NCBI RefSeq assembly: GCF_009914755.1
Contig: NC_060925.1
Origin: the human T2T-CHM13v2.0 reference genome, Homo sapiens
Strand: one strand, 5' to 3'
DNA: 64,000 bases
In this document: in pieces, positions 47,483 to 61,912 of the stretch
Numbering within the stretch: position 1 is the first letter of the stretch
Layout of the letters: each line of letters begins with the position of its first letter
Made by a program: the position numbers and the translations under genes
The notes under the pieces: generated by a model
Database searches by the model: none
The model's input: the letters and a program-made list of their open reading frames with translations, nothing else
What the model was told of the DNA's origin: nothing

Positions 47483-50400
47483 TTTTTTTTCTAATCGTTT
47501 TTGGAGTACAGGTGGCTTTTGGTTACATGGATAAGTTACTTAGTTGTGATTTCTGAGATTTTAGTGTACCCATTACCCAGCAGTATACATGGTACCGAAT
47601 ATGTAGCCTTTTATCCATCCCCCAAATCTTCCCCCAAACCGAGACCCCAAAATTCATTAATATCACTCTTATGCCTTTGAGTCTTCACAGCTTAGATCCC
47701 ACTTATAAGTGAGAACATACGGTATTTGATTTTCCATTCCTGAGTTACTTCACTTAGAATAATGACCTCCAGCTTCATCCAAGATGCTGCAAAAGGCATT
47801 TTTTTTTTGTCTCTTTTTATGGCTGAGTAGAATTCCATGGTGTACATATACCACATTTTCTTTATCCACTCATTGGTCATTGGGCACTTAGGTGGGTTCC
47901 ATATCTTTGCAATTGCAAATTGTGCCACTATAAACATGTGTGTACATGTCTTTTTCATATAATGACTTCTTTTCCTTTGGGTAGATACCCAATACTGGGA
48001 TTGCTGGATTGAATGATAGTTCTACTTTTAGTTCTTTAAGGAATCTCCATACTGTTTTCCATAATGGTTATGCTAATTTACATTCCCACCAGCAGTGTAA
48101 AAGCGGTCCCTTTTCACCACATCCACACCAACATCTATTGTTTTTTAACTTTTTAATTATGGCCATTCTTGCAGGAGTAACATGGTATCTCACTGTGATT
48201 TTAATTTGCATTTCCCCAATTATTAGTGATGCTGAGCATTTTTTTCATACGTTTGTTGGCTGTTTGTATATCTCTTTTTGAGAAATGTCTATTCATGTCC
48301 TTCCCCCACTTTTGATGGAACTATTTGTTTTTTTTTTCTTGCTGATTTGAGTTCCTTGTAGATTCTGGATACTAGTCCTTTGTCAGATGCATAGGTTGCA
48401 AATATTTTCTCCCTCTCCGTGGGTTGTCTGTTTACTCTGCTAATTATTTCTTTTGCTGTGCAGAAGCTTTCTAGTTTAATTAGGTCCCATCTATTTATTT
48501 TTTGTTTTTGTTGCATTTGCTTTTGGGGTCTTAGTCATGAATTCTTTGCCTAAGCCAATGTCTAGAAGAGTTTTTCTGATGTTATCTCCTAGAATTTTTA
48601 TGGTTTCAGGTCTTATATTTAAGTATTTGATCCATCTTGAGTTCTTGAGTTGATTTTTGTATAAGGTGAGCGATAGGGATCCAGTTTGTTTCTTCTAGAT
48701 GTGCCTGCCAGTTTTCCTAGCACCATTTATTGAATGGGGTGTCCTTTCCCCAATTTATGTTTTTGTGTGATTTGTTGAAAGTCAGTTGGCTGTAAGAATT
48801 GGGCTTTATTTCTGGGCTCTCTATTCTGTTCCATTGGTCTATGTGCCTATTTTTAAACCAGTAGCATGCTGTTTTGGTAACTATGGCCTTGTACTATAAT
48901 TTGAAGTTGGGTAATGTGATGTTTCCAGATTTGTTCTTTTTGCTTAGTATTGCTCTGGCTATGTGGGCTCTTTTTTGGTTCCATATGAATTTTAGGATTG
49001 TTTTTTCCAGTTATGTGAAGAATGATGCTGGTATTCTGATAGCAATTGCATTGAATCTGTAGATTGCTTTGGGCAGCATGGTCATTTTCACAATATTGAT
49101 TGTTCCCATCCATGAGCATGGGATATGTTTCCATTTGGTTATCTATGATTTCTTTCAGCAGTGTTTTGCAGTTTTCCTTGTAGAGATCTTTCACCTCCTT
49201 GGTTAAGTATATTCCTAGGTTTTTGGGAGGGTTTTTCTGTTTGTTTTTTGCAGTTATTATAAAAAGGATTGAGTTCTTGATTTGATTCTCAGCTTAGTCG
49301 CTTTGGTGTACAGTAGTGCTACTGATTTGTGTATAATGATTTTGTATCCTGAGACTTTACTGAATTCATTTCTCAGATCTGGGAGCTTTTTGGATGAGTC
49401 TTAGGGTCTTCTAGGTATACAATCATATCATCAGCAAATGGTGACAGTTTGACTTCCTCTTTTCCAATTTGGATACCCTTTATTTCTTTCTTTTGCCTGA
49501 TTGCTCTGGCTAGGACTTCCAGTACTATGTTAAATAGAAGTGGTGAAAGTGAGCATCCTTGTCTTGTCCCAGTTCTCAAGGGGAATACTTTCAACTTTTC
49601 CCCATTCATTATGATGTTGGCAGTGGGTTTGTCATATACAGCTTTTATTACTTTGAGGTAAGTCCCTTCTATGCCTATTTTATTGAGGGTTTTTATCATG
49701 CAAGGATGCTGGATTTTATCAAATGCTTTCTCTGTACCTATTGAAATGATCATATAGTTTTTTTTTAATTTTTTTTATGTGATGTACCATATTTATTGAC
49801 TTGCATATGTTAAACCATCCCTGCATCCCTGGGATGAAACCCACTTGTTCATGATGCATAATCTTTCTGATGGGCTGTTGGATTTGGTTATCTAGTATTT
49901 TGTTAAGGATTTTTGCATCTATATTCATCAGGGAAATTGGTCTGTAGTTTTCTTTTTTCTTATGTCCTTTCCTGGTTTGCGAATTAGGGCGATACTGGTT
50001 TCACAGAATGACTTAGGGAGCATTACCTCTTTCTCTATCTTTTGGAATGGTTTCAGTGGGATTGGTACCAATCCTTCTTTGAATGTCTAGTAGAATTCAG
50101 CTGTGAATCTATCTGGTCCTGGACCTTTTTTTGTTGTTGGTAATTTTTTTATTACTGATTCAATCTCTCTGCTTGTTATTGGTCTGTTCATGGTTTCTAT
50201 TTCTTCCTGATTTAATCTAGGAGGGTTGTATGTTTCTAGGAATTTATCTATTTCCTCTAGATTTTCTAGTTTGTACTCGTAAAGGTGTTGGTAGTAGCCT
50301 TGCATGATCTTTTGTATTTATATGGTATCATTTGTAATATCTCCAGTTTCATTTCTAATTGAGCTTATTTGGATTTTCTCTCTTCTTTCCTTGGTTAATC

Positions 50401-51617
50401 TCACTAATGGTCTATCAACTTTGTTTATCTTTTCAAAGAACCAGCTTTTATTTCATTTGTCTTTTGTATTTTGTTGTTGTTGTTGTTTCAATTTCATTTG
50501 GCTCTGCTCTAATCTTTGTTATTTCTTTTCTTCTTCTGGGTTTTGGTTTAGTTTGTTCTTGTTTCTCTAGTTCCTTGAGGCGTGACATTAGGTTGTCAAT
50601 TTGTGCTCTTTCATGCTTTTTGATGTAAGCATTTAATGCTATGAACTTTCCTCATAGCGCTACTTTTGCTGTATCCCAGAGGTTTTAATAAGTTGTGTCA
50701 CTATTATCATTCATTTCAAAGAATTGTTTAACTTCCATCTTGATTTCATTGTTAACCCAAAAATCATTCAAGAGCAGATTATTTAATTTCCACATAATTG
50801 TATAGTTTTGAGGGTACTTTCTGGAGTTGATTTCCAGTTTTATTCCACTGTGGTCTAAGAAGATACTTGATATAATTTTGATTTTCTTAAATTTATTGAG
50901 ACTTGTTTTGTGGTCTTCATATGGTCTATCTTGGAGAATGTTCCATGTGCTGATGAGAAGAATATAGAATACTACAGGTGCTGGGAAGAGTTTCTGTAAG
51001 TATCTGTTAAGTCCAATTGTTCTAGGGTATAATTTAAGTCCATTGTTTCTTCATTGACTTTCTGTCTTGATGATCTGTCTAGTGCTGTCAGTGAAGTATT
51101 GAAGTCCCCCATTATTATTGTGTCACTATGTCATTTCTTAGGTCTAGTAGTAATTGCTTTATAACTCTGGAAGCTCCAGTGTTAGATTCATATAAATGTA
51201 GGATTATAATATCTTATTGTTGGACTGATCCTTTTATCATTACATAATGTCCTTCTTTGTATTTTTTTTTAACTGTTGCTGCTTTAAAGTCTGTTTTGCC
51301 TGTAAGAACAGCTACTCCTGCTCTCTTTTGGTTTCTATTTGTGTGGAACATCTTTTTCCACCCCTTTACCTTGAATTTACACGAATCCTTTTGTGTTAGG
51401 TGAGTCTCTTGAAGATAGCAAATATTTGGTTGGTGGTTCTTTATTCATTCTGCCATTCTGTATCTTTTAAGTAGAGCATTTAGGCCATTTACATTCAATG
51501 TTAATATTGAGATGTGAGGTACTGTTCTATTCATCGTATCGGTTGTTACCTAGATACTGTTTTTTTCATTGTGCTATTGTTTTACAGGCCCTGTAAGACT
51601 TACGCTTTAAGGAGGTT
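47483..51617 (-). mobile_element. 5'-truncated L1PB-type LINE-1 (~4.1 kb, ORF2 and 3'UTR) in the last CRYZL2P intron
   Basis: Several minus-strand ORF2 fragments (including FADD in 49373-49753) and an L1PB-type 3'UTR near 47490. Confidence 0.9.
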
Positions 51618-51739
51618 CAACCCTGGCCTACAGAATTGGGATAGTTTCTAAAAGGTAAAAACTTTTGGTTAGCAGGATGTTGTCATAGGTGAATTATATT
51701 CATCACATCATTGATCTAAGTTTATCTAAATCTTAGATA

Positions 51740-52900
51740 CCACTACAAACCTAATGAAATGGCTAACATTCAAGGAAACAACTGACAAGACTAAGTTTTG
51801 GCAGATGCAGAGCAACTGGAACTCTCACACACAGGGAATGCAAAATGGTACAAGCACTTTGGAAAATAGTTTGCCAATTTATTAAAAGCTAAACATGTAG
51901 TAGCAAACCAGTGCAAGCAAACTCCCAAAGTGTTGAAACAGAGAGCTCAACTTTGGGCACATTTGTATGCCAGAGCACCAGTTTCTAATCCAGAATACAG
52001 CCAAAGAAATGGAAAACCTGTGTGATACGGGCTTTGATAGGAATGTAGTAACAACAGCCTTCTCTTCAAAATCATAGGACATAGAAACCGAAACAGAATT
52101 GTTTCTGAATAACTGAGGCATAGAGAAACAGCTGCTGATATAATCGAAGTTGCCTCTTTTTGAAGTGGCATCAACATCTGTTCTTTTTAGAATTCTGCAC
52201 GGATTTATTTTAAAGTTATCATTCGGTAGCAGCTACAATTCAATCCTTGCCTTATATCATTCTTGCTTCATGATGTTATCTAGGCAAAAATGGAGAATTA
52301 GGAGAAAAGTAAAACCAATCACACATCTGTGTAAATTGTCTTAAGTTAAACATACATCTAGCATATAACCCAGAAATCTCAGTCCTAAAATATATAAAAC
52401 CATATGTCTATACCTGTCATGAATGTTTATAGAAGATACATTCACAATCACCAAAAAACTGAAAATAATCAAATGTCTGCATACTGGTGAATGAAAAAAA
52501 CTGTGGTACATCCATACAATGAAATACTACTCAGCAATAAAAAGGAATGGACTACCGACACATGTAGCAACATGGTACACCTCAGAAGCATTACGCAAAG
52601 AGAAAGAAATCAGACCCAAAAGGCTACATACTGAATGATTTCATTTACATGACACTCTGGAAAAGGAAAAATTAAATGGGAAGAAAACAGGTCAGTGACT
52701 ACCAGTAGCTGTGGAGCAGGAAAAGGAGACTGATTACAAGGCACAAAAGGGAACTTTTGGGGGTGACGGAAATGTTCTTATATCTTGGTGGGGTAGCTAC
52801 GTGCTGTATAGGTTTGTCAAAACTCAGAGAACTGTACACCTAAAAAGGGTGAATTTTATTATACGTAAATTATATCTCAACAAACTTAACTTTTTTTAAA
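51740..52900 (+). mobile_element. Old L1M (L1ME/MD-like) 3' fragment, split by the UBE2K retrocopy
   Basis: L1 3' motifs on both sides of 51897-52342. Confidence 0.7.
51897..52342 (+). pseudogene. 5'-truncated processed pseudogene of UBE2K (HIP2/E2-25K), C-terminal ~72 codons plus proximal 3' UTR
   Basis: VVANQCKQTPKVLKQRAQLWAHLYARAPVSNPEY/(+1)KEMENLCDTGFDRNVVTTAFSSKS*DIETETELFLNN* compared with UBE2K VVANQYKQNPEMFKQTARLWAHVYAGAPVSSPEYTKKIENLCAMGFDRNAVIVALSSKSWDVETATELLLSN*. Flanked by TSD AAGCTAAACAT/AAGTTAAACAT. Confidence 0.9.
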
Positions 52901-53225
52901 AAAAGTCAGACAATGTGGTACTGAACATAAAAATAAATAAATTTTTGAAGTTGAGCATCAGCATAAGCCCTTAGAAAATAGAACCTAATCAAAAGTTATG
53001 CCCTAATGCATCAGAGGGTTGCAATCCCAGGGAGGCAAGGGTAACAGAAAAAGTAAAACAAACCAAGGAGAGAAGGAGAGAAACTACAGGGCACTGTGTT
53101 ACTGATTTTGAATTGGTTGTAGTTTCAGGGGGACATGTAGTTGGCTGTTGTTCACACGGGACCTCTATAGAGAAGCCATTAGATAGAGGCAATGGTTGCA
53201 AAAAAATAAATAAATAAATAAAAAA

Positions 53226-53583
<358 letters not shown>

Positions 53584-56500
53584 TCATTCCTCCCAATGAA
53601 AAGCTTGCCCAATGGAGTAAAATATCCATACTTCTGAACTGCATTGCCCAGACCCTGCATACAGTTTCTGGGGAAGCCAGAAGCTTCAACAGGTCCATTT
53701 GGATCAAACCTCTGTACCAGCGCTGCAGAAGCTCCTGTATGATGAACACAATAGTGGCCTTGCCTCTAGGATCAGCTCCCAACCCAGGAAAGCACAAGGC
53801 AATCAATGATGTTAGGAGATGCATCCTAGAGATAGTGGTCTGGGCTGTATGCATTGTAGGATCAGCTATAGGAGGCATCACTGGAAAAGCATGACAAGTG
53901 GCCAAGGCCTGGGGCAGGTGGGGCCAGCAGATATGAGGAATTCCACAAACTGGGTCTAGAACAATGGGCTATAATTAATAGACCTTCTAAACTAAAAGAG
54001 TAGTTTCATTTTTAAGAATATGCCACAGATACACTAAGAAAATTTCAAGCAATTTCTATCCATTAACAATTTCTATCCATCTGTTCATATGATGATCTCA
54101 CTTGACCTTTAAATAATAAATAAGTTCAGATCTGTGAGGTTAAATACCGTGTCAAGCTGACACATTCAGAGACAGCTCCCTACAGAAAACAGACACTGCA
54201 CATCAAAATAATGCCCTCCTCTGGACAGATTACAGGACCAATTCATGATCCACCCACCACAGCATAGATATAATCCTTCAGAAAATAATAAATTCTAGGT
54301 AGAATTCAAAATCTAAAGACTGTCTTATAATCCTTCCCTCTGAGACATCAAAGCAAAAGTGTTACAGTTCAGGGGAACTGAAAAAGCTCAACTCCATATT
54401 TTATCATGGAAATATATTATGCTTTTAAAAAGTTACTATATTCATTATGTGCTTTTACATGTATCATGTTATTTAATCCTCATAATCACCCTAGGATGCA
54501 GGGTATATTACTGCCCCTGCTACAGATGAGAAAACTAAGGCACAAATATGTGTAATTTGCCCACAGCCAGCGTCTGAGCGCTGTTGGTCTGAGCCCAGAG
54601 CCCCACACACACACAGTCATTCAACAGGTATGTGAGCACCTGCCAGAAGCTGGAGATATAGAGGTGCAGACAGCACATGGCCCTGCTTGCACAGAGTTTA
54701 TGCTCTATGGGAAAGACAGGCATTAAAGAAGTAATCACAAGTAAATAAAGGACAAGCAGAGTCCTATGGAAGTTCACACCCTGTGCCTACTCAAAAATCT
54801 ATGGTGCAAAGTTTGTGGTCATATTAGTATCAACTATCAAGGTTAAATCTGCAAGTACACATATTCAGGAGAAAATACAAGCCAGTCAGAAATACTAGTG
54901 CATTTTAGTTTGTATTTTCTCTATATACAGTACAGTGGTCATTTTCCAAACCCAAACAGGTTCTGATAAATAACTTTTTCCAGTATGTTAACTAATTTAC
55001 ACGTTTACTGATTTACTCATTTAATATTTTTCTTACCCAGGCTTTAAAGTTCAGTGAAATTAATTATATATTCATTTAACCATCTTCATTTTCAAAAGAA
55101 CAAAGAACAAAAGAACAAAATATATAAATTCTGGTACTGCTCAGGAAAATATAAGAGTATAACTATAACATAGTTAAAATAATCTCTTTCACACAGATAA
55201 TTCTATGATAAATAGATAAACTGCATCCTATAGAATAAGGCTTCTCAGAAGTGACTTCTTGGCTTGTTTGAGGAGAGAGTTTGACAGTCATAAGCAGCCC
55301 AGATTCTGGCATCAGATGGAGCAAGACTAGATTTACTTCCTACCTATAACTGGACAAGGCTCCTAGCCTCTATAAGTCCTGATTCTTTCATCCGTAAAAT
55401 ATAATAAAGTTGGCATACCTCAAAGGGTTGTTGTGAAGGTTAAAGGAGATAATGCATGTAAAGTGTTTAGCATAGTTCTTGACCCACAGTAAGCACCTAA
55501 TGTATATGAGCTGTCATTCCTATTATGAATCCTCTAAATGGTTTGCATATTGAAAGAAACAGAAAAAGAAGACATGGTAAATGGATGGTATATGAATGAG
55601 ATGCTTGAAATGTGTGAGGGAGCATGGCCTAAAGAGCCACCCGATTACACCAAGGGCAGCAGAGTGAGAACAACTCTATACATCCCACATGCAGAGACCT
55701 CACTGGAAAGGAGAAGGGCAAATGGAAGCTGACAGGTGGTTAGTAATTACATAGTCAATTCATGTTTACAGAGGAGAGAGAACTTCAACAGGGATAATTA
55801 AAACAATAATCCACCTCTGGCTTTCGTTCCTGCCTAAACGGCACCTAAAAGACCTTGAGAGAGAAGAGACAGTTCAAACAGACACTTGTTTCCACTTCTG
55901 TATGCCTACTTGTCCTTATCCCTTATCAACAGGTATAGCCTCAGGTTAGAAGTCACGTGATAAACGCCACAGGATGGAAGGGGACCCAGAACTTGGGGTT
56001 TTCAAGTTTTAAAGCCACAAGACCTCTGCTTAAAAGTCTGAAAAAGTAGTTAAAATGTGCAGCTACTCAAACCCTAGCAGCGATGGGGTCCCACAGCCCA
56101 GGCAGCTCACATCTATGGCTGCTGCCCTAGCCCCACATCCCTGCTGTGGCTCCTGCAGCACAGTCTAAAAACCACTCATCACGTCCTCCTGCTTATTTAG
56201 AGAGGCAGAAACTGAAGTCAGAAAAGCAAGGGGATTTCCACAAAATAGCATGGCTGGAGGGATGAGCTGTGACTGGCATCCAACCAGTTTTCTACTGGCC
56301 AGTCAGGTTCTCTTCACCATTGAACACCATCTTCCTGACTTACATATTAAAAAGATAAAGAAAATAAGCCATGTTTGAAAAGAACGGGTCTCCTCACAGA
56401 AAGAAACAACCATGGAAGGCTGGTTAGCAATGAAGTCTGGCATCGACAGCTTGGGCTCCACTAATCTGCATTTGAACAAAATATCACCTCCATCTATGGC

Positions 56501-57209
56501 TGACAAGAGTTACCAAGACAGTTTTTTGAACATTAAAATAAATTAAGTCAAAAAAAAATAAAGATTTCACAGTGAATGCCTAACAGATTCACATTTACAA
56601 CTATATTGCATATGCATGCTCACAATTACACTTCAGAGGAAGTTTAAGCCACATTAATGAGACTGGGGGGAATGAAAAAAGGTAGTGAATAGCCAACAAA
56701 ATTAACTACAGTGACTAATGGATGAATTATAGTCTTATGATGCCAGGCATTATTTAGTGTTCTCCTCACAGAACCCCAACTTAGATCATCTGGTTGTGCT
56801 TTAAAGCATCTATATTTTAAAACCAAAGGTCATGCCAAGCACTTTCTTCTTAGGCTTGTATGTTGTAGAGTTCAAAGTTCATATCAACACGTGTAAATCA
56901 TTTTCTAAAGAACCGTAACTTTCCTCTATTTGAGGGAGCAGTGATGCACACAGAGCCCTCAAATTTCGGCTTCACATGGCCTTCACGGATTCAGATTCAC
57001 ATTAGGCCTGAGTTTACAGCCATACAACCCAGAAGGCTGGGAAAAATCCTGTGACCCTGACACCTGTGCAATCCCACTATTCTGTGTTGCATTTTCATCT
57101 TTTCCTTTTATAAAAAGAGGACTGATAGCATCCAGAGATAAACTGCCCAGTAGCTTGCACAAGTTATTTCCTGGCCTCATCTGCATCACATCCCTTAAGT
57201 GTGTCTCAC

Positions 57210-57438
57210 CTCGTCCAGCTTGAAAACCATTCTGACATATAGCTGGATGCACCCTTGCTGGCAGTACTGAAGCACTGAAGATAGGCTCTTGGAGAAGACG
57301 GGAAAGTTCATATCTTTGTATTGACCACAGTACAGGCCCATAGCAGAGATATTCTTCAGGAGCAGAAGGTTGGCTGGTTCAGAAGCAATGTTTCCTCCAG
57401 CAAATCCCACCACCACAATCCTGCCCTCCCATGCCAGG
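57210..57438 (-). pseudogene. CRYZL2P: CRYZL2P penultimate exon (229 bp, frame intact)
   Basis: LAWEGRIVVVGFAGGNIASEPANLLLLKNISAMGLYCGQYKDMNFPVFSKSLSSVLQYCQQGCIQLYVRMVFKLDE; tttctcctcag acceptor and GAG|GTGAGA donor; MDR/quinone oxidoreductase C-terminal region. Confidence 0.93.
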
Positions 57439-57490
57439 CTGAGGAGAAAGAGAAGAAGAAAAAGAAATGATAAAAAAGCAACATACATTC

Positions 57491-58423
57491 ACACCCATTA
57501 GGAAGGCTAGTCTCGTAAAATAACAAGTGACAAATGGCGAGGATGTGAAGAAGTTTAAGCACCTGTGCACTGTTGGTGGGATTATAAAACAGTGCAACTA
57601 CTATAGAAAACAGTATGAAGGTTCCTCAAAAAATGAAAAATAGGTTCAGCAATTCCACTTCTGATATATATCTAAAAGAATTGAAAGCAAGGTCTCAAAG
57701 AGATATTTGCACAGCCATATTCACAGCAGCACTATTCACAATAGCCAAGAGGTAGAAGCAGTCCAAGTGTCCATCAACAGAAAAATGATAAACAAAATGT
57801 GATATATACATATAATGAAATACTATTCTGCCTTAAAAAGGAAGGAAATCCTGTCACATGCAATAACATGGATGATCCTTGAGAACATTATGCTAAGTGA
57901 AATAAGCCAAACACAAAAAGGCAAATACTGTACGATTCCACTTATATGAGATATCTAAAGTAGTCAAATTCGTAGAAACAGAAAGTGAATGGTGGTTACC
58001 AAGGGCTAGGGAAAGGGAGGAAAGGAGAGTCGCTGTTTAATGGCTATAGAGTTTCAGGTTTACAAGATGAAAAAGTTCTTGAGATCTGTCACATAACAAT
58101 GTGAATATAATTAACACTACTGAACTGTACACTTGAAAATGGTTAAGATGGTAAACTTTATGTTATCTGTTTTTTACCACAATAAAAAAAGTAAAATGAA
58201 AAAAAGAGCAATGTACATTCATTCACAGAGACAGAAAGTAGGACAGAGGTTACCAGGGGTTGGGGAAGGGGAAAGAGGCAGTTAATATTTAACAAGCACA
58301 GAGTTTTTGTTGGGGATGATTATGCAACATTATGACTGTATTTAATGCCAGTGAATTGCACACTTACAAATCATTAAAATGATAAATATTAGGTTATAGT
58401 ATATTTTACCAACATTAAAAAAA
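57491..58423 (+). mobile_element. Two tandem L1MB 3' fragments (57491-58200 and 58221-58423)
   Basis: Two L1MB 3'UTR ends, each with an A-tail; the flank motif aagcaacatacattc recurs at the junctions. Confidence 0.75.
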
Positions 58424-58514
58424 CCAACATGTATTAAATCCACAGCTGGGCAGTCCTCTTGACCTTGCAGACTGGCAGGAGTGAACCATCATTTATTACT
58501 TTGGGCTTCTCAGT

Positions 58515-58527
58515 AAAAAAAAAAAAA

Positions 58528-58576
<49 letters not shown>

Positions 58577-58596
58577 CACATATATATATATATATA
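58515..58596. repeat. Compound microsatellite (A)n(TA)n(CA)n(TA)n
   Basis: Directly visible in the sequence. Confidence 0.95.
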
Positions 58597-58640
58597 CCAT
58601 AAGCAAAGTATTAGGGAACCAAAGGAACTAGACAATTTTA

Positions 58641-59560
<920 letters not shown>

Positions 59561-60841
59561 GAAGAATCAAGACTATCTATTTAACTACCTCAACCACTTT
59601 GTGGAAGAAAATTGGGCAATGTCATTCCATAGGTTGTACTGAAACAACTCAGTTTGAAGATTATGAACTTAGGAAGCAGGAATAAGAAGAAATACACTTT
59701 AATGAGGGAAGGACCATTTGCTTTATACAAAGACTTACTTTAGGATTCCTTTAACACATTGCCTCTTTAGAGAATTTTAAATAAACTACAAAAATGCATA
59801 AGTATTCTGTAGCCCAGTATGAAAATTCCCCTACGGTACCATTGCTAAGCAATGAGTTACAGAAACAACTTTTGCAAACATCTTTGATATAAAATATGTG
59901 TATATTTGTTTGGCTTTTGCTTTTTGCTTTTCTTCTTTAGAAGGGAAATGAGAAGCTATTGCAAAAACACAATTATCCAGAAGGCAAGAAGGAAGGCAAG
60001 AGATGGGCGAGTTTTACCAGCTGTCTATCCTGGCTTTCCACTTGGACTACACGCTCCTTCCTTTGCTTCTCCTCTAAGCACAGCACCAGGCACAGTGCAG
60101 AGATGAACAAACATATAGACTGCCTGCCACTCAGCTCAGGGGCTAGAGAACCAACTGGACCCCTTTTGTGGGTAGGCTGCTCTCTGCTTCTGCAGCTTCT
60201 ACCTGAAACTGAGATAAACTACAAAATTATGCTTGCCAGGACGACATGAGAAATGAAACCAATGCTATCAGAGTACTCCAGAATCCTTGGTTGAAAACAG
60301 AATGAGAATTGGTGTGATACAACACTCCTACTAAATCTCCAGTGATATTTTTTAAATAAAACAAGTCAAGGAATTATCTACGCTGCTGGCTGCTTCAGAA
60401 AGCAGTAAGATCAGAAGAGCCTGTAGTTTGGTCCACAATGAACTGGGAAAAGGGGAACTGCCACCCCAGTAATTCTAATAGCTGAACAATGCCCTCTGCA
60501 AGAATTCCCCACAGACATGGATATAAAGTAGTTAGTGAGAACTGGCATAACTGAATTTAACACATGAATAATTTCTAAAGCATTTGGCATTGCCAACTAA
60601 GAGAGTCTGCAGTCATTTTTTGGATATTTTCCAGATGGGTATTTTGTTTTTGCTATATATAAGCATTTCCTGATTTTCTCTGCTTCTATTCCTTTTCACC
60701 CACCCACTTGCTGTTCTCGTTGATGCTGATGCCTACAGAAGAAATGAAAAGCAAAGATGAGAGAGAAGCAAGGCCAGAAGGAAGGCAGAGATCAGGAAAG
60801 GTTTCAGCTCCAGCCCACTCTAGACAGACCACCCCATGCAC

Positions 60842-61025
60842 CTGCGGAGAGCCTCCAGGCAGATGTCTCCTCCCACCATGTCGATGGCCACATTCACCCC
60901 GCCCTCGCCCACCAGCTTCCTTACTGCATCCTTCAGGCTGCCCTGACTGTAGTTCACGCTGGACTGCGCACCCCTCTGCATCGCCAGCTTGCACTTCTCG
61001 TCACTTCCAGCAGCAGCTATATTAC
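60842..61025 (-). pseudogene. CRYZL2P: CRYZL2P exon (184 bp) with a 2-nt insertion giving a frameshift and premature TAG
   Basis: cag|GTA ATA TAG..., then IAAAGSDEKCKLAMQRGAQSSVNYSQGSLKDAVRKLVGEGGVNVAIDMVGGDICLEALR in the shifted frame, matching mouse Cryzl2 as recalled (60 codons + 2 nt = 182 nt expected). Donor AG|GTGCAT at 60840-60841. Confidence 0.92.
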
Positions 61026-61912
61026 CTGCATCAAGAACACAAGATATCTGATTATCCAGAACATGTCCCAAGAAAGGGGCACCCCACCTAACCCATCTCC
61101 AGCCCAAGGGTGCTACTCAAGGAAATCATTGTGACCTTGCTGCCCTGGCACTGGCCTTGAGCCCACACATCAGGCCCAACACACAGACCATCCCACTGGC
61201 CCCTCCATGCCCTACTAGTCATGAGGTCCACATTTCTAGGAATCGTGGAACCCTAACAAGGATAGCTAGAAGGTGGTTCAAGAGACATTCAGAAAGTCTT
61301 CTCAAATTCAAATGAAAACCACCATTTATTGAGCATCTACTATGAATCAAGCAGTAAGGATACAAGATGGATCCTTTAGAGCCAAGAAAGCAAGATACAG
61401 CAGAATGATGGGGGAAATAAACAGGGGTCCAGAAATGTAAACAAGAGGTACCCAGTCTAAATCTAGAGGATCAGGAAAGACTTCCTAGAGGGTAAAACAT
61501 GATTCAATAGAAAGATCTTGAGGTTAGAGAGACCTTAGTCCAACTTCTGGCTTTGCCACTCACTAGCTGTGTTGACCTAGGCAAAATACTTAGTAACAAA
61601 ACAACATTTTGTTACTATTTGCCAGTTAACATTCTAAACATTTTATGTATATGAATAACTCATTTAATTGTAATAGCCCAATGAAATATACAGTATTATT
61701 ATCCTTGTTTTATAGATGAAGAAACTGAGGCAAAAGAAGTTAAGTAACTTGTTGCCCAAGGAAGGTCGCACAGCAAATGGGAGACAGCACTGGGGTCCAA
61801 ACCCACGTAATTCGTCTCCAGAGTCCATGCATTTAACCTCCATACTGCCTGCCAGCTTCTCAAGGTTTCAGTTACCTCATCAGTAAAGTAAGACATTTAA
61901 AAAATTATCAGA

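Noticed and set aside
61008-61019. TAG 9 nt into the CRYZL2P exon as a frame-rescuing alternative acceptor
   Set aside because: It removes 9 nt, leaving the +2 shift uncorrected. Skipping the whole exon is also out of frame.
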